Origin: Flavobacteriales bacterium
Lineage (GTDB): Bacteria > Bacteroidota > Bacteroidia > Flavobacteriales > ECT2AJA-044
Length of the DNA: 64,000 bases
Assembly: GCA_965658225.1 (NCBI GenBank)
Contig: CBFHRK010000001.1
Location: 2,335 to 66,334, forward strand
Direction of reading: 5' to 3'
Shown here piece by piece: positions 1 through 10,348 of the stretch. The notes under the pieces are model-generated. The model was not told where the DNA came from. It saw only the letters and a list, made by a program, of their open reading frames with translations, and did not search any database. Numbering within the stretch: the stretch's first letter is position 1; every line of letters begins with the position of its first letter. The position numbers were made by a program, and so were the translations under genes.

Positions 1-330
1 ACCTATCCGAAAACCGGCGGCATATTGGACTTCGGCAAAAAGTTAAAGGTTCGCGGACATGCTTGGGCTGGCGAACGCAATGTCAAAAGCATGCAAGTGA
101 GCATCGATTTTGGCGCTACGTGGCAACTGGCCGAATTAGAAGCGCCAATTAACCGTTTGGCATGGCAACACTGGGAAGCCACCTTGGATTTTCCTCAGAA
201 AGGTTATTATGAAGTTTGGGCGAAAGCCACAGATGACCAAGGCGTTTCCCAACCCATGATTACTCCCGGATGGAACCCAAAAGGCTATTTGAATAATGCA
301 ACACACCGCATTGCAATTAAAGTTGTTTAA
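1..330 (+). CDS. Sulfite oxidase-family molybdopterin enzyme (SoxC/SorA-like), C-terminal dimerisation domain; 5'-truncated by the window
   Basis: Frame is open from base 1 (TYPKTGG...). Motifs VRGHAWAG, VSIDFGATW, NRLAWQHW, YYEVWAKATD and WNPKGYLNN are typical of the Mo-co oxidoreductase dimer domain. Confidence 0.9.
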   Translation, partial: TYPKTGGILDFGKKLKVRGHAWAGERNVKSMQVSIDFGATWQLAELEAPINRLAWQHWEATLDFPQKGYYEVWAKATDDQGVSQPMITPGWNPKGYLNNATHRIAIKVV

Positions 331-337
331 GTAGGTC

Positions 338-829
338 GTGCGGATGAAGGAAGGGAATAACAAAGAATCTGTTTTAAAGCTACTTTCGAGCCTAACCGGC
401 TTGGTGGTATTGTCCATGATGCTGGTATCTGTGTTCTCCATTTATTTAATCCGGCCACAGACCTTTGACGTGGGCCACCTGTTTCCCGATCCGCCCGAGA
501 GGGCGAAAGCGAGCAATTTAGCGACTGAAGATGCCTCTGAAAAAGTTGAAAACGGAATCCACTTGGCAACGGGACTTGTATTCGATGATCGATTCGACAT
601 TGTACGATCGAGCTGCACTTCCTGTCATAGTGCCAAGCTCATTACGCAGAATAGAATGTCGCGAGATAACTGGGAGAAGACGATTCGCTGGATGCAGGAA
701 ACGCAGAAGCTGTGGGACCTAGGGCCAAATGAACCCATGATATTAGACTATTTAGCAGAGTATTACGCACCGGTCAGTTTTGGTCGACGCAAAAACTTAG
801 AAATAACAGAATGGTACGTAATCGAATAA
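338..829 (+). CDS. Membrane-anchored monoheme cytochrome c (SorB-like partner of the sulfite oxidase)
   Basis: N-terminal hydrophobic helix and a single CTSCH motif, followed by LITQNRMSRDNWEKTIRWMQ. Lies directly after the Mo enzyme. Confidence 0.85.
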   Translation: MRMKEGNNKESVLKLLSSLTGLVVLSMMLVSVFSIYLIRPQTFDVGHLFPDPPERAKASNLATEDASEKVENGIHLATGLVFDDRFDIVRSSCTSCHSAKLITQNRMSRDNWEKTIRWMQETQKLWDLGPNEPMILDYLAEYYAPVSFGRRKNLEITEWYVIE

Positions 830-1779
830 TAGGAATCGTTTTAATTCTTATAGTATTTGGGGCCTGCGGCCCGAAAGAAAACAGTTCGGCGGTGGAAGAA
901 ATTTCCGATTCCCCAATGGAAGTTGCTGTTTCAGACCTCAGCCCCTATTTGCTCAGTATCTCGGAAGCGGAGAATGCGGCGAACATCGATTCTTACGTAT
1001 TCATCGACCTTCGGAAAAAAGAGGCCTTTCAAACAGGACATATCCCCGGAGCCCGCTCGGTATGGCGGCCAGATATTCAAAACTTGGACCTCCCCTATGG
1101 CGGAATGCGCGCAACTAAAGAGTCGCTCGCCGAACTGATGGGCAAACTCGGGATTTCAACCGAAAAAAAGATTGTCATTTACGACGAAAAAGGCAATGTG
1201 GATGCTGCACGCTTATGGTGGATGCTGCAGCTGTACGGTCACGAAGATAGCTACCTGTTTAACGGTGGGCTTTCTGCCTGGAAAAACGCCTCATTGCCAT
1301 TAGATACGGCTGATTCAAATCATGCCACTACCCTATTTGAATTTACCGGTGAGGGGAAACAAGACTGGTTAGCAAACAAAGAGGAGGTACTTGATTTTTC
1401 TCAAAGTAATTCGGGGGTTTTACTGGACACTCGGAGCGAAAAGGAGTTTACCGGAGAAGAAATGAAATCAGGTGCGTTTCGCTCGGGTCACATTCCTGGG
1501 GCAAAATGGATCGATTACATCTACGCCATCCGTTACAATAGCGATCAAGAGTTTTTGACACTTGAAGAATTAACTGAAGTGTATACTTCGATGGGCGCTT
1601 CCAAAGACACGCCCATTATTGTTTATTGTCAAAGTGGTGTTCGATCGGCGCACACAACCTTTGTTCTTCGGGAGTTGTTAGGATTCGAGAATGTGAAGAA
1701 TTACGACGGATCGTGGATCGAGTGGAGTTATTTTAATGAATTGCCTATCGCGGTGGTTTCGAAAGACGAAACACCCTAA
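811..1779 (+). CDS. Tandem-domain rhodanese/sulfurtransferase, predicted lipoprotein
   Basis: Lipobox VFGAC, GHIPGA twice, active-site loop YCQSGVRS and C-terminal YDGSWIEW signature. Confidence 0.92.
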   Translation: MVRNRIIGIVLILIVFGACGPKENSSAVEEISDSPMEVAVSDLSPYLLSISEAENAANIDSYVFIDLRKKEAFQTGHIPGARSVWRPDIQNLDLPYGGMRATKESLAELMGKLGISTEKKIVIYDEKGNVDAARLWWMLQLYGHEDSYLFNGGLSAWKNASLPLDTADSNHATTLFEFTGEGKQDWLANKEEVLDFSQSNSGVLLDTRSEKEFTGEEMKSGAFRSGHIPGAKWIDYIYAIRYNSDQEFLTLEELTEVYTSMGASKDTPIIVYCQSGVRSAHTTFVLRELLGFENVKNYDGSWIEWSYFNELPIAVVSKDETP

Positions 1780-1791
1780 AAAGAAAGCTAT

Positions 1792-2697
1792 ATGGAACGT
1801 TATTTTGATGCCTTTTGGCAAGCAACAACCAATTTCGCAGGATATACTTGGCGCGAAATTACATTTCAAGTAGATCCTTGGTATGTGAATTATTTCTGGT
1901 GGCTGGTGGTACTTTCGCTGGCTGTATGGGGACTTGAAATTGCCTTCCCGTGGAGGAAAAACCAAGCCATTGTTCGCAAAGACTTCTGGCTCGATGCATT
2001 CTACATGTTCTTCAACTTTTACATTTTTAAGATTGTCATTTTCATGGCGTTCTCTGAATGGACGTGGATGTTCGTGTCCGATATTTTTGGACAAGGTTGG
2101 GAAAACAAGCTCATATTGGTTGACATGCAGAAGTACCCGCAGTGGTTACAGTTACTCGTGTTCTTCGTGGCAACTGATTTTGTTCAATGGTTTACACATG
2201 TGCTTTTGCATCGCGTACCTTTCTTTTGGCGCTTTCACAAGGTGCACCACAGTGTGGAGGAAATGGGCTTTGCCGCCCACCTCCGCTATCACTGGATGGA
2301 AAACGTATTCTACACCCCAATGAAGTACATTATGGTAATGCTGATTGGGAATTTTTATCCTAGCCAAGCTTTTATCGTATTCTACGTTGCAATCGCCATT
2401 GGGCACTTGAATCACGCCAATATCCATCTCACCTACGGGCCTTTAAAGTATATTTTCAATAATCCAGTGATGCACTTGTGGCACCATGTATACAATTTGC
2501 CTAACGGCAAGAAATACGGGCTCAACTACGGAATCTCTTTGAGCCTATGGGATTATATTTTTGGAACGGCGAGTATCCCAGAAGACGATGCGAATATCAA
2601 ACTAGGTTTTCCAGGAATGAATCACTTTCCAAAAACGTTTTGGAGTCAACTCGGCTACGGCTGGAATTTAACGAAATTCGAAAAAAAGGAAGAGTGA
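1792..2697 (+). CDS. Sterol desaturase/fatty acid hydroxylase family membrane di-iron protein
   Basis: His boxes HVLLH, FHKVHH, HLNH and HLWHH, plus several transmembrane stretches. Confidence 0.9.
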   Translation: MERYFDAFWQATTNFAGYTWREITFQVDPWYVNYFWWLVVLSLAVWGLEIAFPWRKNQAIVRKDFWLDAFYMFFNFYIFKIVIFMAFSEWTWMFVSDIFGQGWENKLILVDMQKYPQWLQLLVFFVATDFVQWFTHVLLHRVPFFWRFHKVHHSVEEMGFAAHLRYHWMENVFYTPMKYIMVMLIGNFYPSQAFIVFYVAIAIGHLNHANIHLTYGPLKYIFNNPVMHLWHHVYNLPNGKKYGLNYGISLSLWDYIFGTASIPEDDANIKLGFPGMNHFPKTFWSQLGYGWNLTKFEKKEE

Positions 2698-2820
2698 CCA
2701 TCAGGCCGCCAGGCCCAATAAAAAGAATACAAAAGCGCAGTAGAAAACCCATTATTTGGCAAGGGCATGCATTGGCATCTGATTCATCCCAAAAAAATTA
2801 GCTGAGTTTCTTTGGTTGGA

Positions 2821-4326
2821 TTAAAATTGATGCGTGTAACCAATGATCATGTTCGTTTGGAAGTGCGTGAGCTTTGTTTCTGTTGGAACCGTACCCGTTA
2901 ACACCTCATACGTTTCGTCATTGAAATCTATTGGATTAACCATATTTGCAATAGGTTCTCGGTCATCAGCTTTTCCGGTGGCTAAATGAAAAACTAGGGT
3001 GAATTTTCCCGATTTTGTTGGCACAGTGAAACCCGCATTGTAATGTATAAAATCAATTTCCAGGGGGAGTAAGGACATAGCTCCTTCCCATTCCTTGGAT
3101 TGCTCTGTTCGGTGATAATATTTGTCCGTTCTAAACCCTCCATGTACACTCCACCCATTCTTTAAAAAGTGTTCATAGCCGATTCCCCAGTTAAATACAG
3201 CGCGGTTACTTTCATAGATAGTCATGTAATTAGGGCGCTCAAGAAAGGGCTCCAGAAAGGGCGGATTGATTAGATCCCGCCGTTGATCTCCTCGAATTAC
3301 GGCGTAGGTATCTATCGAGAAGAAGTATTCACCAGACCACATTATCCTTGCCGATTGAAGCGCATATTCAGCTCCGAATCCAATTGATAAAGGCTTTTTA
3401 TGATTGGTTGAAATCTTTTTGATTTTGTCACTTACTCGATAGTCGAACAGACCATTTACTAAGGTATAGTCCAGAGAGTACGGTTTTCCTAAATTTTGCT
3501 GTTGTTGGTCACGCGTTACGTACCCTAAATCAATAAGTGGCATGCTTAAATTGATACTTGGTGCGGTTGCAGTAAGCCCTAATTTTAAACGCCCTTTTTC
3601 AAATGCTAAGCCTGCTTTCAGAATCACTTGGAAGTTTTCAAACTGAACTCTTTGAAGTGTTGTGTTTCTGGTTGTGTACCATGGTACAGTAGTTCCGTCT
3701 GGCAAATTCACAAAATTCGTCATTGGATAAGCTTCCAGGACCTTTTCAAATCGATTCAATTGCCAACGATAAGTCCCGAATACCGAGAGCCCAAAAGAAA
3801 AGTAATCATTTAAGGGTCTTCCTACACCAATGCCAACCCATTGCTCGCTGAGTTCTTGGAAATAATCCAATGAACCTGAAAAATGCTCTAAACCATCGAT
3901 GGATTGGATAACATCAAAATCTTCTTCATGACGCTCATTAATGATCTTGAACCCGTAATGTCTTGAGAGCCAGTTAAAATTTATATGCCAAGGATTTTCC
4001 TCTTTGCCTACCTCAAAAACACCACTGAGCATTTGAGGGTAGAGTAAATATCCCCCTGTAAATACATCAACTTCTGGCCCTAGCCCATTTTCGAGCTTAA
4101 AATAGCGGTAACCATATACGTTCCCGGAGACAGAAATATCTGGATCCTTGATAAACCCCAGCGCGCCCGGATTGTAAAAAGCAGCACTGTTATCTCGCAC
4201 CCCTGCAATCACATTTCCCGCAACTGCCGAACTCGGTGCTCCAAAAGTTTGAAACCAATAATTATTGTCTTGGGCCGATATCCCGGAATGAATGAATACA
4301 AAAATGAAGAGGATCACCTTCGCCAT
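2821..4326 (-). CDS. FadL/OMPP1-like outer-membrane beta-barrel
   Basis: Signal peptide, hatch motif AAFYNPGAL and C-terminal aromatic residue (YTHQF). Start moved to the ATG at 4326 (track: 4341). Confidence 0.65.
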   Translation of the reverse strand: MAKVILFIFVFIHSGISAQDNNYWFQTFGAPSSAVAGNVIAGVRDNSAAFYNPGALGFIKDPDISVSGNVYGYRYFKLENGLGPEVDVFTGGYLLYPQMLSGVFEVGKEENPWHINFNWLSRHYGFKIINERHEEDFDVIQSIDGLEHFSGSLDYFQELSEQWVGIGVGRPLNDYFSFGLSVFGTYRWQLNRFEKVLEAYPMTNFVNLPDGTTVPWYTTRNTTLQRVQFENFQVILKAGLAFEKGRLKLGLTATAPSINLSMPLIDLGYVTRDQQQQNLGKPYSLDYTLVNGLFDYRVSDKIKKISTNHKKPLSIGFGAEYALQSARIMWSGEYFFSIDTYAVIRGDQRRDLINPPFLEPFLERPNYMTIYESNRAVFNWGIGYEHFLKNGWSVHGGFRTDKYYHRTEQSKEWEGAMSLLPLEIDFIHYNAGFTVPTKSGKFTLVFHLATGKADDREPIANMVNPIDFNDETYEVLTGTVPTETKLTHFQTNMIIGYTHQF

Positions 4327-4350
4327 AGCCCGAAGATACACAACTAACTG

Positions 4351-6819
4351 TCATTTTTTAGACCAAATATTGAGATCCTTAGGGTCCTGAACCTTTTGCT
4401 TTAATAAGGCGAGTTCAAGAACCTCATCCATGTACTCTACATAGTGGAATTTCAATCCCTTTACGTACTGCTCAGGAATTTCTTCAATATCTTTTCTGTT
4501 TTCAGCACAAAGTATGAGCTCTTTGATGTCGGCCCGCTTTGCGGCTAAGATCTTCTCTTTAATTCCGCCAACCGGCATCACGCGTCCTCTCAGCGTGATT
4601 TCACCTGTCATGGCCAATTTAGCTTTCACTTTACGCTGCGTGTACAAAGAAGCCAAACTGGTTAGCATGGTAACTCCCGCCGAAGGACCATCTTTAGGAG
4701 TCGCTCCGGCCGGTACGTGAATGTGCAAGTTCCAATGATCAAAAATGCGGTAGTCGAGCCCGAGCTTATCCGCATTCGATTTCAAATACTCAAAGGCAAT
4801 CGTTGCGCTTTCTTTCATCACATCGCCCAGGTTTCCTGTGAGCTTCATCATTCCTTTTCCTCTGCTTAAAGAGGATTCGATAAAGAGAATATCTCCGCCG
4901 CTAGGCGTCCATGCAAGTCCGGTTACCACCCCAGCTACGCTGTTGTCTTGATAGCGTTCGCGATTTACCTTTTCAGGCCCGAGAATATCCGTCACTTGCT
5001 CCACTCCTACTTTCTCCGAAAACTCCTGTTCCATAGCAATGCTTTTCGCCGCGTTGCGAACGACTTTTGCGATTTGCTTTTCAAGTCCACGAACTCCCGA
5101 TTCACGGGTGTAGCGCTCAACAATGTACTCCATTCCCTTTTTGGAAATTTGTACCTGACCTTTCTTAATTCCGTGCGCTTCAATTTGCTTTGGCAACAAA
5201 TGGCGTTTGGCTATTTCAACTTTTTCTTCAACGGTGTATCCAGAAATTTCAATAATCTCCATTCGGTCGCGCAATGCAGGCTGAATAGATTGCAAGCTAT
5301 TCGCAGTGGCGATAAACAAAACTTTAGACAAATCGTACCCCATTTCAAGGTAGTTATCGTAAAATTCACTGTTCTGCTCTGGATCGAGCACTTCCAACAT
5401 AGCCGAACTGGGGTCGCCATGTAAATCGCGCGTGAGCTTGTCAATTTCGTCCAATACAAACACTGGATTCGAAGTCTCGGCCTTTTTTAGGCTTTGAACA
5501 ATTCGTCCGGGCATGGCTCCGATATAGGTTTTGCGGTGACCGCGAACTTCCGCTTCATCGCGCAACCCGCCCAAGCTCATGCGCACATACTTCCGACCTA
5601 AAGCTCGTGCAACGGATTTCCCTAACGAAGTTTTACCAACCCCGGGAGGACCATACAAACATAAAATTGGCGCTTTCATATCGCCCTTCAATTTAAGTAC
5701 GGCCAAGTGTTCAATTATGCGTTCTTTCACTTTCTCAAGCCCATAGTGATCGCGATCAAGGACTTTTTGGGCGTGTTTCAAGTCGAAGTTATCCGCTGAA
5801 TATTCGTTCCACGGAAGTTCGAGCAATAGGTCCAAATAATTCCGCTGAACCGTGAAATCGGGCGCTTGAGAATTCATTCTTCGAAGCTTGTTTAGCTCCT
5901 TCATAAATGTTTCTCCAACTTTCTCCGGCCAGTTTTTTGAGGCTGCCTTTTGTTCCATTTCCTGAAACTCGGCTTCAAACGTTTTATCGCCTAATTCTTC
6001 TTGAATCGTTTTCATCTGCTGATGCAAGAAGTATTCGCGCTGTTGCTTATCGATGTCTACTTTTACTTTACTCTGAATTTCATTCTTCATTTCAAGCAAT
6101 TGCAGCTCAGAAGTAAGGTGTTTCAGTGTGTGCTGAGATCGAACATTGAGTTCGGCCATTTCGAGCATCTTTTGTTTCTCTCCAACTTCCAAATTCATAT
6201 TTGATGAAATGAAGTTGACCAAAAAGCTCGGGCTCTCAATATTATTGATCGCAAAAGAAGCCTCGGACGGGATATTCGGCGAGTCCTTGATGATTTGAAG
6301 CGCTAAATCCTTGATAGCGACAACGGTAGCATTAAACTTTTCATCGTTCTGCTCCGGCTTCACCTCTTCCATTGGGCGAATCAAAGCTTTAAAATACGGA
6401 TCTGTCTCCGTCATTTTCTCCAGATGGAAACGCTTTTTCCCTTGGATAATAACCGTTGTATTCCCATCAGGCATACGGAACATACGAATGATGCGCGCCA
6501 TGGTTCCCACCTTGTACACGTCGTTCTCCGCAGGTTCTTCAATTTTTTTGTCTAGTTGAGCAACTACACCAATCGTTTTATCTCCGGCGTAGGCGTCTTT
6601 AATGAGTTTAATGCTTTTATCGCGGCCTACGGTGATAGGAATTACTACTCCTGGGAATAGAACGGTGTTTCGAAGTGGAAGAATAGGCAAGTCTTGCGGT
6701 ACTTCTTCTGCATTCATTTGCTCCTCATCTTCAGAGGTCATTAGCGGAATAAACTCGCTATCCTCTTCCGTATAAGATCCAGATGAAAAGCCGCGTATGT
6801 CAAAATCGGATAAATCCAT
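4351..6819 (-). CDS. lon: ATP-dependent Lon protease
   Basis: LPILPLRN N-domain, Walker [17 protein letters not shown] catalytic Ser region and GGIKEK catalytic Lys. Confidence 0.99.
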   Translation of the reverse strand: MDLSDFDIRGFSSGSYTEEDSEFIPLMTSEDEEQMNAEEVPQDLPILPLRNTVLFPGVVIPITVGRDKSIKLIKDAYAGDKTIGVVAQLDKKIEEPAENDVYKVGTMARIIRMFRMPDGNTTVIIQGKKRFHLEKMTETDPYFKALIRPMEEVKPEQNDEKFNATVVAIKDLALQIIKDSPNIPSEASFAINNIESPSFLVNFISSNMNLEVGEKQKMLEMAELNVRSQHTLKHLTSELQLLEMKNEIQSKVKVDIDKQQREYFLHQQMKTIQEELGDKTFEAEFQEMEQKAASKNWPEKVGETFMKELNKLRRMNSQAPDFTVQRNYLDLLLELPWNEYSADNFDLKHAQKVLDRDHYGLEKVKERIIEHLAVLKLKGDMKAPILCLYGPPGVGKTSLGKSVARALGRKYVRMSLGGLRDEAEVRGHRKTYIGAMPGRIVQSLKKAETSNPVFVLDEIDKLTRDLHGDPSSAMLEVLDPEQNSEFYDNYLEMGYDLSKVLFIATANSLQSIQPALRDRMEIIEISGYTVEEKVEIAKRHLLPKQIEAHGIKKGQVQISKKGMEYIVERYTRESGVRGLEKQIAKVVRNAAKSIAMEQEFSEKVGVEQVTDILGPEKVNRERYQDNSVAGVVTGLAWTPSGGDILFIESSLSRGKGMMKLTGNLGDVMKESATIAFEYLKSNADKLGLDYRIFDHWNLHIHVPAGATPKDGPSAGVTMLTSLASLYTQRKVKAKLAMTGEITLRGRVMPVGGIKEKILAAKRADIKELILCAENRKDIEEIPEQYVKGLKFHYVEYMDEVLELALLKQKVQDPKDLNIWSKK

Positions 6820-6911
6820 ATTGTCGTATTGTCAGTTTGAGGGCATGTTTTAGCCCTTTCGGGCGGATGTTCCCTATAAGCAATGGTCGTGCCACAGAAG
6901 AACCTGTCAGG

Positions 6912-8099
6912 TTACTTCCCTTCTTGCGCCTCCTGATAGAGGTGCTCAAAAATGGCGCGTTCCATATCGTCAAAAGGAACACTTCTTCGCTCCATTACGC
7001 GCTCAGCCACTTCTTCAGCCTTCCCTAATTTGAAATCAGTCATTCCTCCAGCGCCTCCCCAACTAAAGCTAGGAATAAAGTTTCGGGGAAAGCCCCCGCC
7101 GAAAATATTGGCAGAGACTCCTACAACCGTTCCTGTATTGAACATAGTGTTAATGCCACTTTTACTGTGGTCGCCCATAATTAAACCACAAAACTGTAAC
7201 CCTGTTGGAATAAATCGTCCCGCCGGATAATTCCACACTTTGACCTCAGCGTAGTTGTTTTTGAGGTTCGAATTATTCGTGTCGGCACCGAGATTGCACC
7301 ATTCGCCGATTACACTATTGCCCAAGAAGCCATCGTGCCCTTTGTTCGAATAGCCAATGAGAATAGAGTTGTTGACCTCGCCTCCAACTTTAGAATGGGG
7401 TCCGACCGTAGTTGCACCGTATATTTTAGCCCCCATTTTTAGCGTGGAATGATCGCACAGAGCCAATCCGCCGCGCACTATGGAGCCTTCCATAATAGTG
7501 GCTTCTGCTCCGAGGTATATGGGGCCGGTGGTGCTATTAAGAGTGGAAGCCTCCGCTGACGCTCCTTCTTCTAAAAAGATACGATCACCAATCAGGGTAT
7601 TGGTCGCTGAAATTGGCGCGCTTGCTCGTCCCTCCGTGAGGAGGTTGAAATCATTTTCTAATTCAAGGGCGTTATTGCTAAACAAATCCCACGGATACTG
7701 AATATGAACGAAAGGACCTTCGAAATACACCGACTTCATGCTTTCGACAGCCCCCTCTTCCATGCCTTGAAGATCCGTTTTACAAGCAATCAAGATCCCC
7801 TCTTCATCCGTATCGGACTTCGCCCGAAGGACTTCGTGATTTTCAAGAGATCGGATTGCTTCAAATAGCTCATCCGTTGCGCAGATCGATCCGTTTATTA
7901 AAACATTCTCTTCTACTTCGACGACAGGCCACTTCGTGCTTAAATACTCTTCCGTTAATGTAGTCGTTGTCAATCCACTTCTCCGTTCCCACTTTTCGCG
8001 GAGAGTGAGAATTCCGCAGCGTAAATCGGCTACGGGCCGAGTGAAGGTAAGAGGTAAAAGGTTGCTCCTTTCGGGTCCGTCAAAAAGAATAATGTTCAT
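6912..8099 (-). CDS. GlmU-family putative sugar nucleotidyltransferase/hexapeptide acyltransferase (Bacteroidota type)
   Basis: LLPLTFTRPVADLRCGILT N-terminus, followed by hexapeptide-repeat region (GPIYLG, VGGEVNNS, GFLGNSVIGEWCNLGA). Confidence 0.85.
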   Translation of the reverse strand: MNIILFDGPERSNLLPLTFTRPVADLRCGILTLREKWERRSGLTTTTLTEEYLSTKWPVVEVEENVLINGSICATDELFEAIRSLENHEVLRAKSDTDEEGILIACKTDLQGMEEGAVESMKSVYFEGPFVHIQYPWDLFSNNALELENDFNLLTEGRASAPISATNTLIGDRIFLEEGASAEASTLNSTTGPIYLGAEATIMEGSIVRGGLALCDHSTLKMGAKIYGATTVGPHSKVGGEVNNSILIGYSNKGHDGFLGNSVIGEWCNLGADTNNSNLKNNYAEVKVWNYPAGRFIPTGLQFCGLIMGDHSKSGINTMFNTGTVVGVSANIFGGGFPRNFIPSFSWGGAGGMTDFKLGKAEEVAERVMERRSVPFDDMERAIFEHLYQEAQEGK

Positions 8100-8126
8100 G
8101 TCAATTTCATTTGCCTCACGAAAATA

Positions 8127-8330
8127 GGGAAATATTGCAGCCCGCTGTTGCGGACCGCATTAGAATAATGAATGGGAAATAGTGCAACCCGTTGTTGCGG
8201 GCCGCATTAGAATAATGAATGGGAAATAGTGCAACCCGTTGTTGCGGGCCGCATTAGAATAATAAATGGGAATTATTGCTGCCCGTTGTTGCTGACCGCA
8301 TTAGAATAATAAATAGGAAATAGTGCAGCC
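8127..8330. repeat. 47-bp tandem repeat, 4 full copies plus 1 partial
   Basis: Units at 8127-8173, 8174-8220, 8221-8267, 8268-8314 and partial 8315-8330. Consensus GGGAAATAGTGCAACCCGTTGTTGCGGGCCGCATTAGAATAATRAAT, with no spacers. Confidence 0.97.
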
Positions 8331-8414
8331 TGCCGGAGCGGAGCGGAATTAGCATGATAAAAATGAAGTGGTTTCCGCTTTGAAGGTCATGTGCTAAAGA
8401 AAAAACAGGGAAAC

Positions 8415-8444
8415 AAAAAAACCCCGCTGTGGCGGGGTTTCTTT
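8415..8444. terminator. Intrinsic terminator downstream of rpmE2
   Basis: AAACCCCGC-TGTG-GCGGGGTTT stem-loop flanked by an A-run (U-tail on the minus strand). Confidence 0.85.
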
Positions 8445-8466
8445 ATAAATTCGAATAAATCGAAAC

Positions 8467-8721
8467 TTATTTTTTCGAGAACTTCGCGTACTTGTTCTTG
8501 AACTTATCGATACGACCAGCGGTATCAACCAATTTCATTTTACCCGTGTAGTACGGATGAGATGAACTCGAGATCTCCATTTTGATCAATGGGTACTCAA
8601 CTCCGTCAATTTCTACTGTATCTCTTGTTTCTGCGCAAGAACGGGTAAGAATTGTATATCCATCGCTCATGTCGCGCATTGCAACCATTCGATAATTCTC
8701 TGGGTGGATTCCTTCTTTCAT
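8467..8721 (-). CDS. rpmE2: 50S ribosomal protein L31 type B
   Basis: MKEGIHPENYR...EISSSSHPYYTGKMKLVDTAGRIDKF with no Zn-binding Cys pairs. Start moved to the ATG at 8721. Confidence 0.97.
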   Translation of the reverse strand: MKEGIHPENYRMVAMRDMSDGYTILTRSCAETRDTVEIDGVEYPLIKMEISSSSHPYYTGKMKLVDTAGRIDKFKNKYAKFSKK

Positions 8722-8744
8722 GACTTCAATCATTTATTGGAGCG

Positions 8745-8752
8745 CAAAAATA
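8745..8752 (-). promoter_or_regulatory. Bacteroidota -7 promoter element for rpmE2
   Basis: The minus strand reads TATTTTTG (TAnnTTTG consensus) about 24 nt upstream of the ATG. Confidence 0.6.
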
Positions 8753-8819
8753 CAGAGATTTAAAGAACTGACAAATAGTTTTGTGAAATAAATCTCGATT
8801 TCGTTCGTAGTAAACTATG

Positions 8820-8827
8820 TACTTTTG
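8820..8827 (+). promoter_or_regulatory. Bacteroidota -7 promoter element
   Basis: TACTTTTG lies 6 nt before the ATG at 8834. Confidence 0.55.
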
Positions 8828-8833
8828 TCGCTT

Positions 8834-10309
8834 ATGAAAAATGCCGGGCTATTCTTCTTCTTTCTAATTGTTCTTTTCGCCTCCTGTCGAAAAGAGCGTC
8901 AAGTGACTACGAGCGCGAATGCAAAACTAAGTTTTAGCAATGACACGGTTATTTTCGACACTGTATTTACCACCATTGGCTCTGCTACCCGGAGTTTTAA
9001 AATTTACAATCGAAACAGTAGCGCAGTAAGTATTGACCAAATTCTTCTGGCGGGTAAAGAAAATAGTTTGTTTCGCATGAACGTAGATGGCACCGCCACT
9101 GATGAGCTTCGGGATGTGGTACTCGACGGCGGAGACAGCATCTACGTCTTTGCTGAAGTGACCATTGACCCGCTTAACGATAACAATCCACTTATTGTCA
9201 ACGATTCCATCATTTTCATAACCAACGGCAACCGACAGTCCGTTCTATTAGAAGCCTGGGGTCAAGACGCCTACTTTTATTACCCCGATCAAGACCTACT
9301 AGATAGCGATGGAAATGTAATTTTGAGGTACTCTATTATTGATTGTGATGCTTTGTGGATGAACGACAAACCGCATGTGATATACGGTTTTGCAGTCGTT
9401 GACGAAGACTGTGAACTCACTGTTTCTGGCGGGACCAACATTCACTTGCACGACAGAGCCGTGCTTTGGGTTTTTGACGGGGGAACCCTAAAAATTGAAG
9501 GTCAATCGGGGAATGAAGTGCTCATTCAAGGAGATCGATTAGAACCTGAATACGAAGAAGAGCCTGGCCAATGGGGCTTCATTTGGCTCAGTGCCGGTAG
9601 TTTAAACAACACCATCGATTATGCGACGATCAAAAATGGAACGGTCGGACTCCGAGTTGATACTACTGCTGGGCCGGGACAAACGAATTTAGTTATCCGA
9701 AATTCGGTGATCCGCAACATGGCTTCGGTCGGAATACTAGGGCAAGGAACAAAGTTGCTCGCACAAAATGTTGAAATCAGCAACTGCGGAATTCACAATG
9801 TGGTATGTCAATTAGGTGGCGAATACCGATACGAACATTGCACCATTAGTGGATATTGGAATGGAGGCTCACGAGGTACACCTTCTGTCCTACTCAACAA
9901 CTGGTACGAAGATGCTAACGGGAATATAATCCCGCGCGATCTGATTGAAGCCTACTTTGGAAACAGCATTATTTACGGTACTAATTTGAATGAACTCGGA
10001 TTTGACCGAAATGACGACGCGTCCTTTGAGTTCTTTTTTGAAAACGACATAATTCGATTGAGGAAAAGCGATTTCAATGATTTTACTTGGCTCGATTTTG
10101 AAGATGTGAATTATTTTAGTGAAATTTCATGGAATGTAGACCCGAAATTCATCGACCCACAAATGGGTAATGTTCAGCTCGATAGCCTCAGTGGTGCCCT
10201 TGACATTGCCGGTCTAACACTTAGTCAGCAAATCCCTTTTGACCTATTGGGTGTCTCTCGATTGAATGACACAGGTCCTGATTTAGGCGCTTATGAGCGT
10301 GTCGAATAA
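8834..10309 (+). CDS. Conserved lipoprotein with Ig-like N-terminal region and parallel beta-helix repeats
   Basis: Lipobox LFASC, LSFSNDTVIFDTVF motif and repeated beta-helix-like strands (IRNSVIRN, NVEISNCG, YEHCTI). Confidence 0.75.
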   Translation: MKNAGLFFFFLIVLFASCRKERQVTTSANAKLSFSNDTVIFDTVFTTIGSATRSFKIYNRNSSAVSIDQILLAGKENSLFRMNVDGTATDELRDVVLDGGDSIYVFAEVTIDPLNDNNPLIVNDSIIFITNGNRQSVLLEAWGQDAYFYYPDQDLLDSDGNVILRYSIIDCDALWMNDKPHVIYGFAVVDEDCELTVSGGTNIHLHDRAVLWVFDGGTLKIEGQSGNEVLIQGDRLEPEYEEEPGQWGFIWLSAGSLNNTIDYATIKNGTVGLRVDTTAGPGQTNLVIRNSVIRNMASVGILGQGTKLLAQNVEISNCGIHNVVCQLGGEYRYEHCTISGYWNGGSRGTPSVLLNNWYEDANGNIIPRDLIEAYFGNSIIYGTNLNELGFDRNDDASFEFFFENDIIRLRKSDFNDFTWLDFEDVNYFSEISWNVDPKFIDPQMGNVQLDSLSGALDIAGLTLSQQIPFDLLGVSRLNDTGPDLGAYERVE

Positions 10310-10348
10310 GGAGCTTCAAAGTAGAGCCTTGTCGCGAGTTTCTCTTGA

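Noticed and set aside
8127-8330. CRISPR array (unit length resembles the 46-47 bp Bacteroidota type II-C repeats)
   Set aside because: The units are contiguous with no unique spacers, lack GTTG...CAAC terminal symmetry, and no cas genes are in the window.
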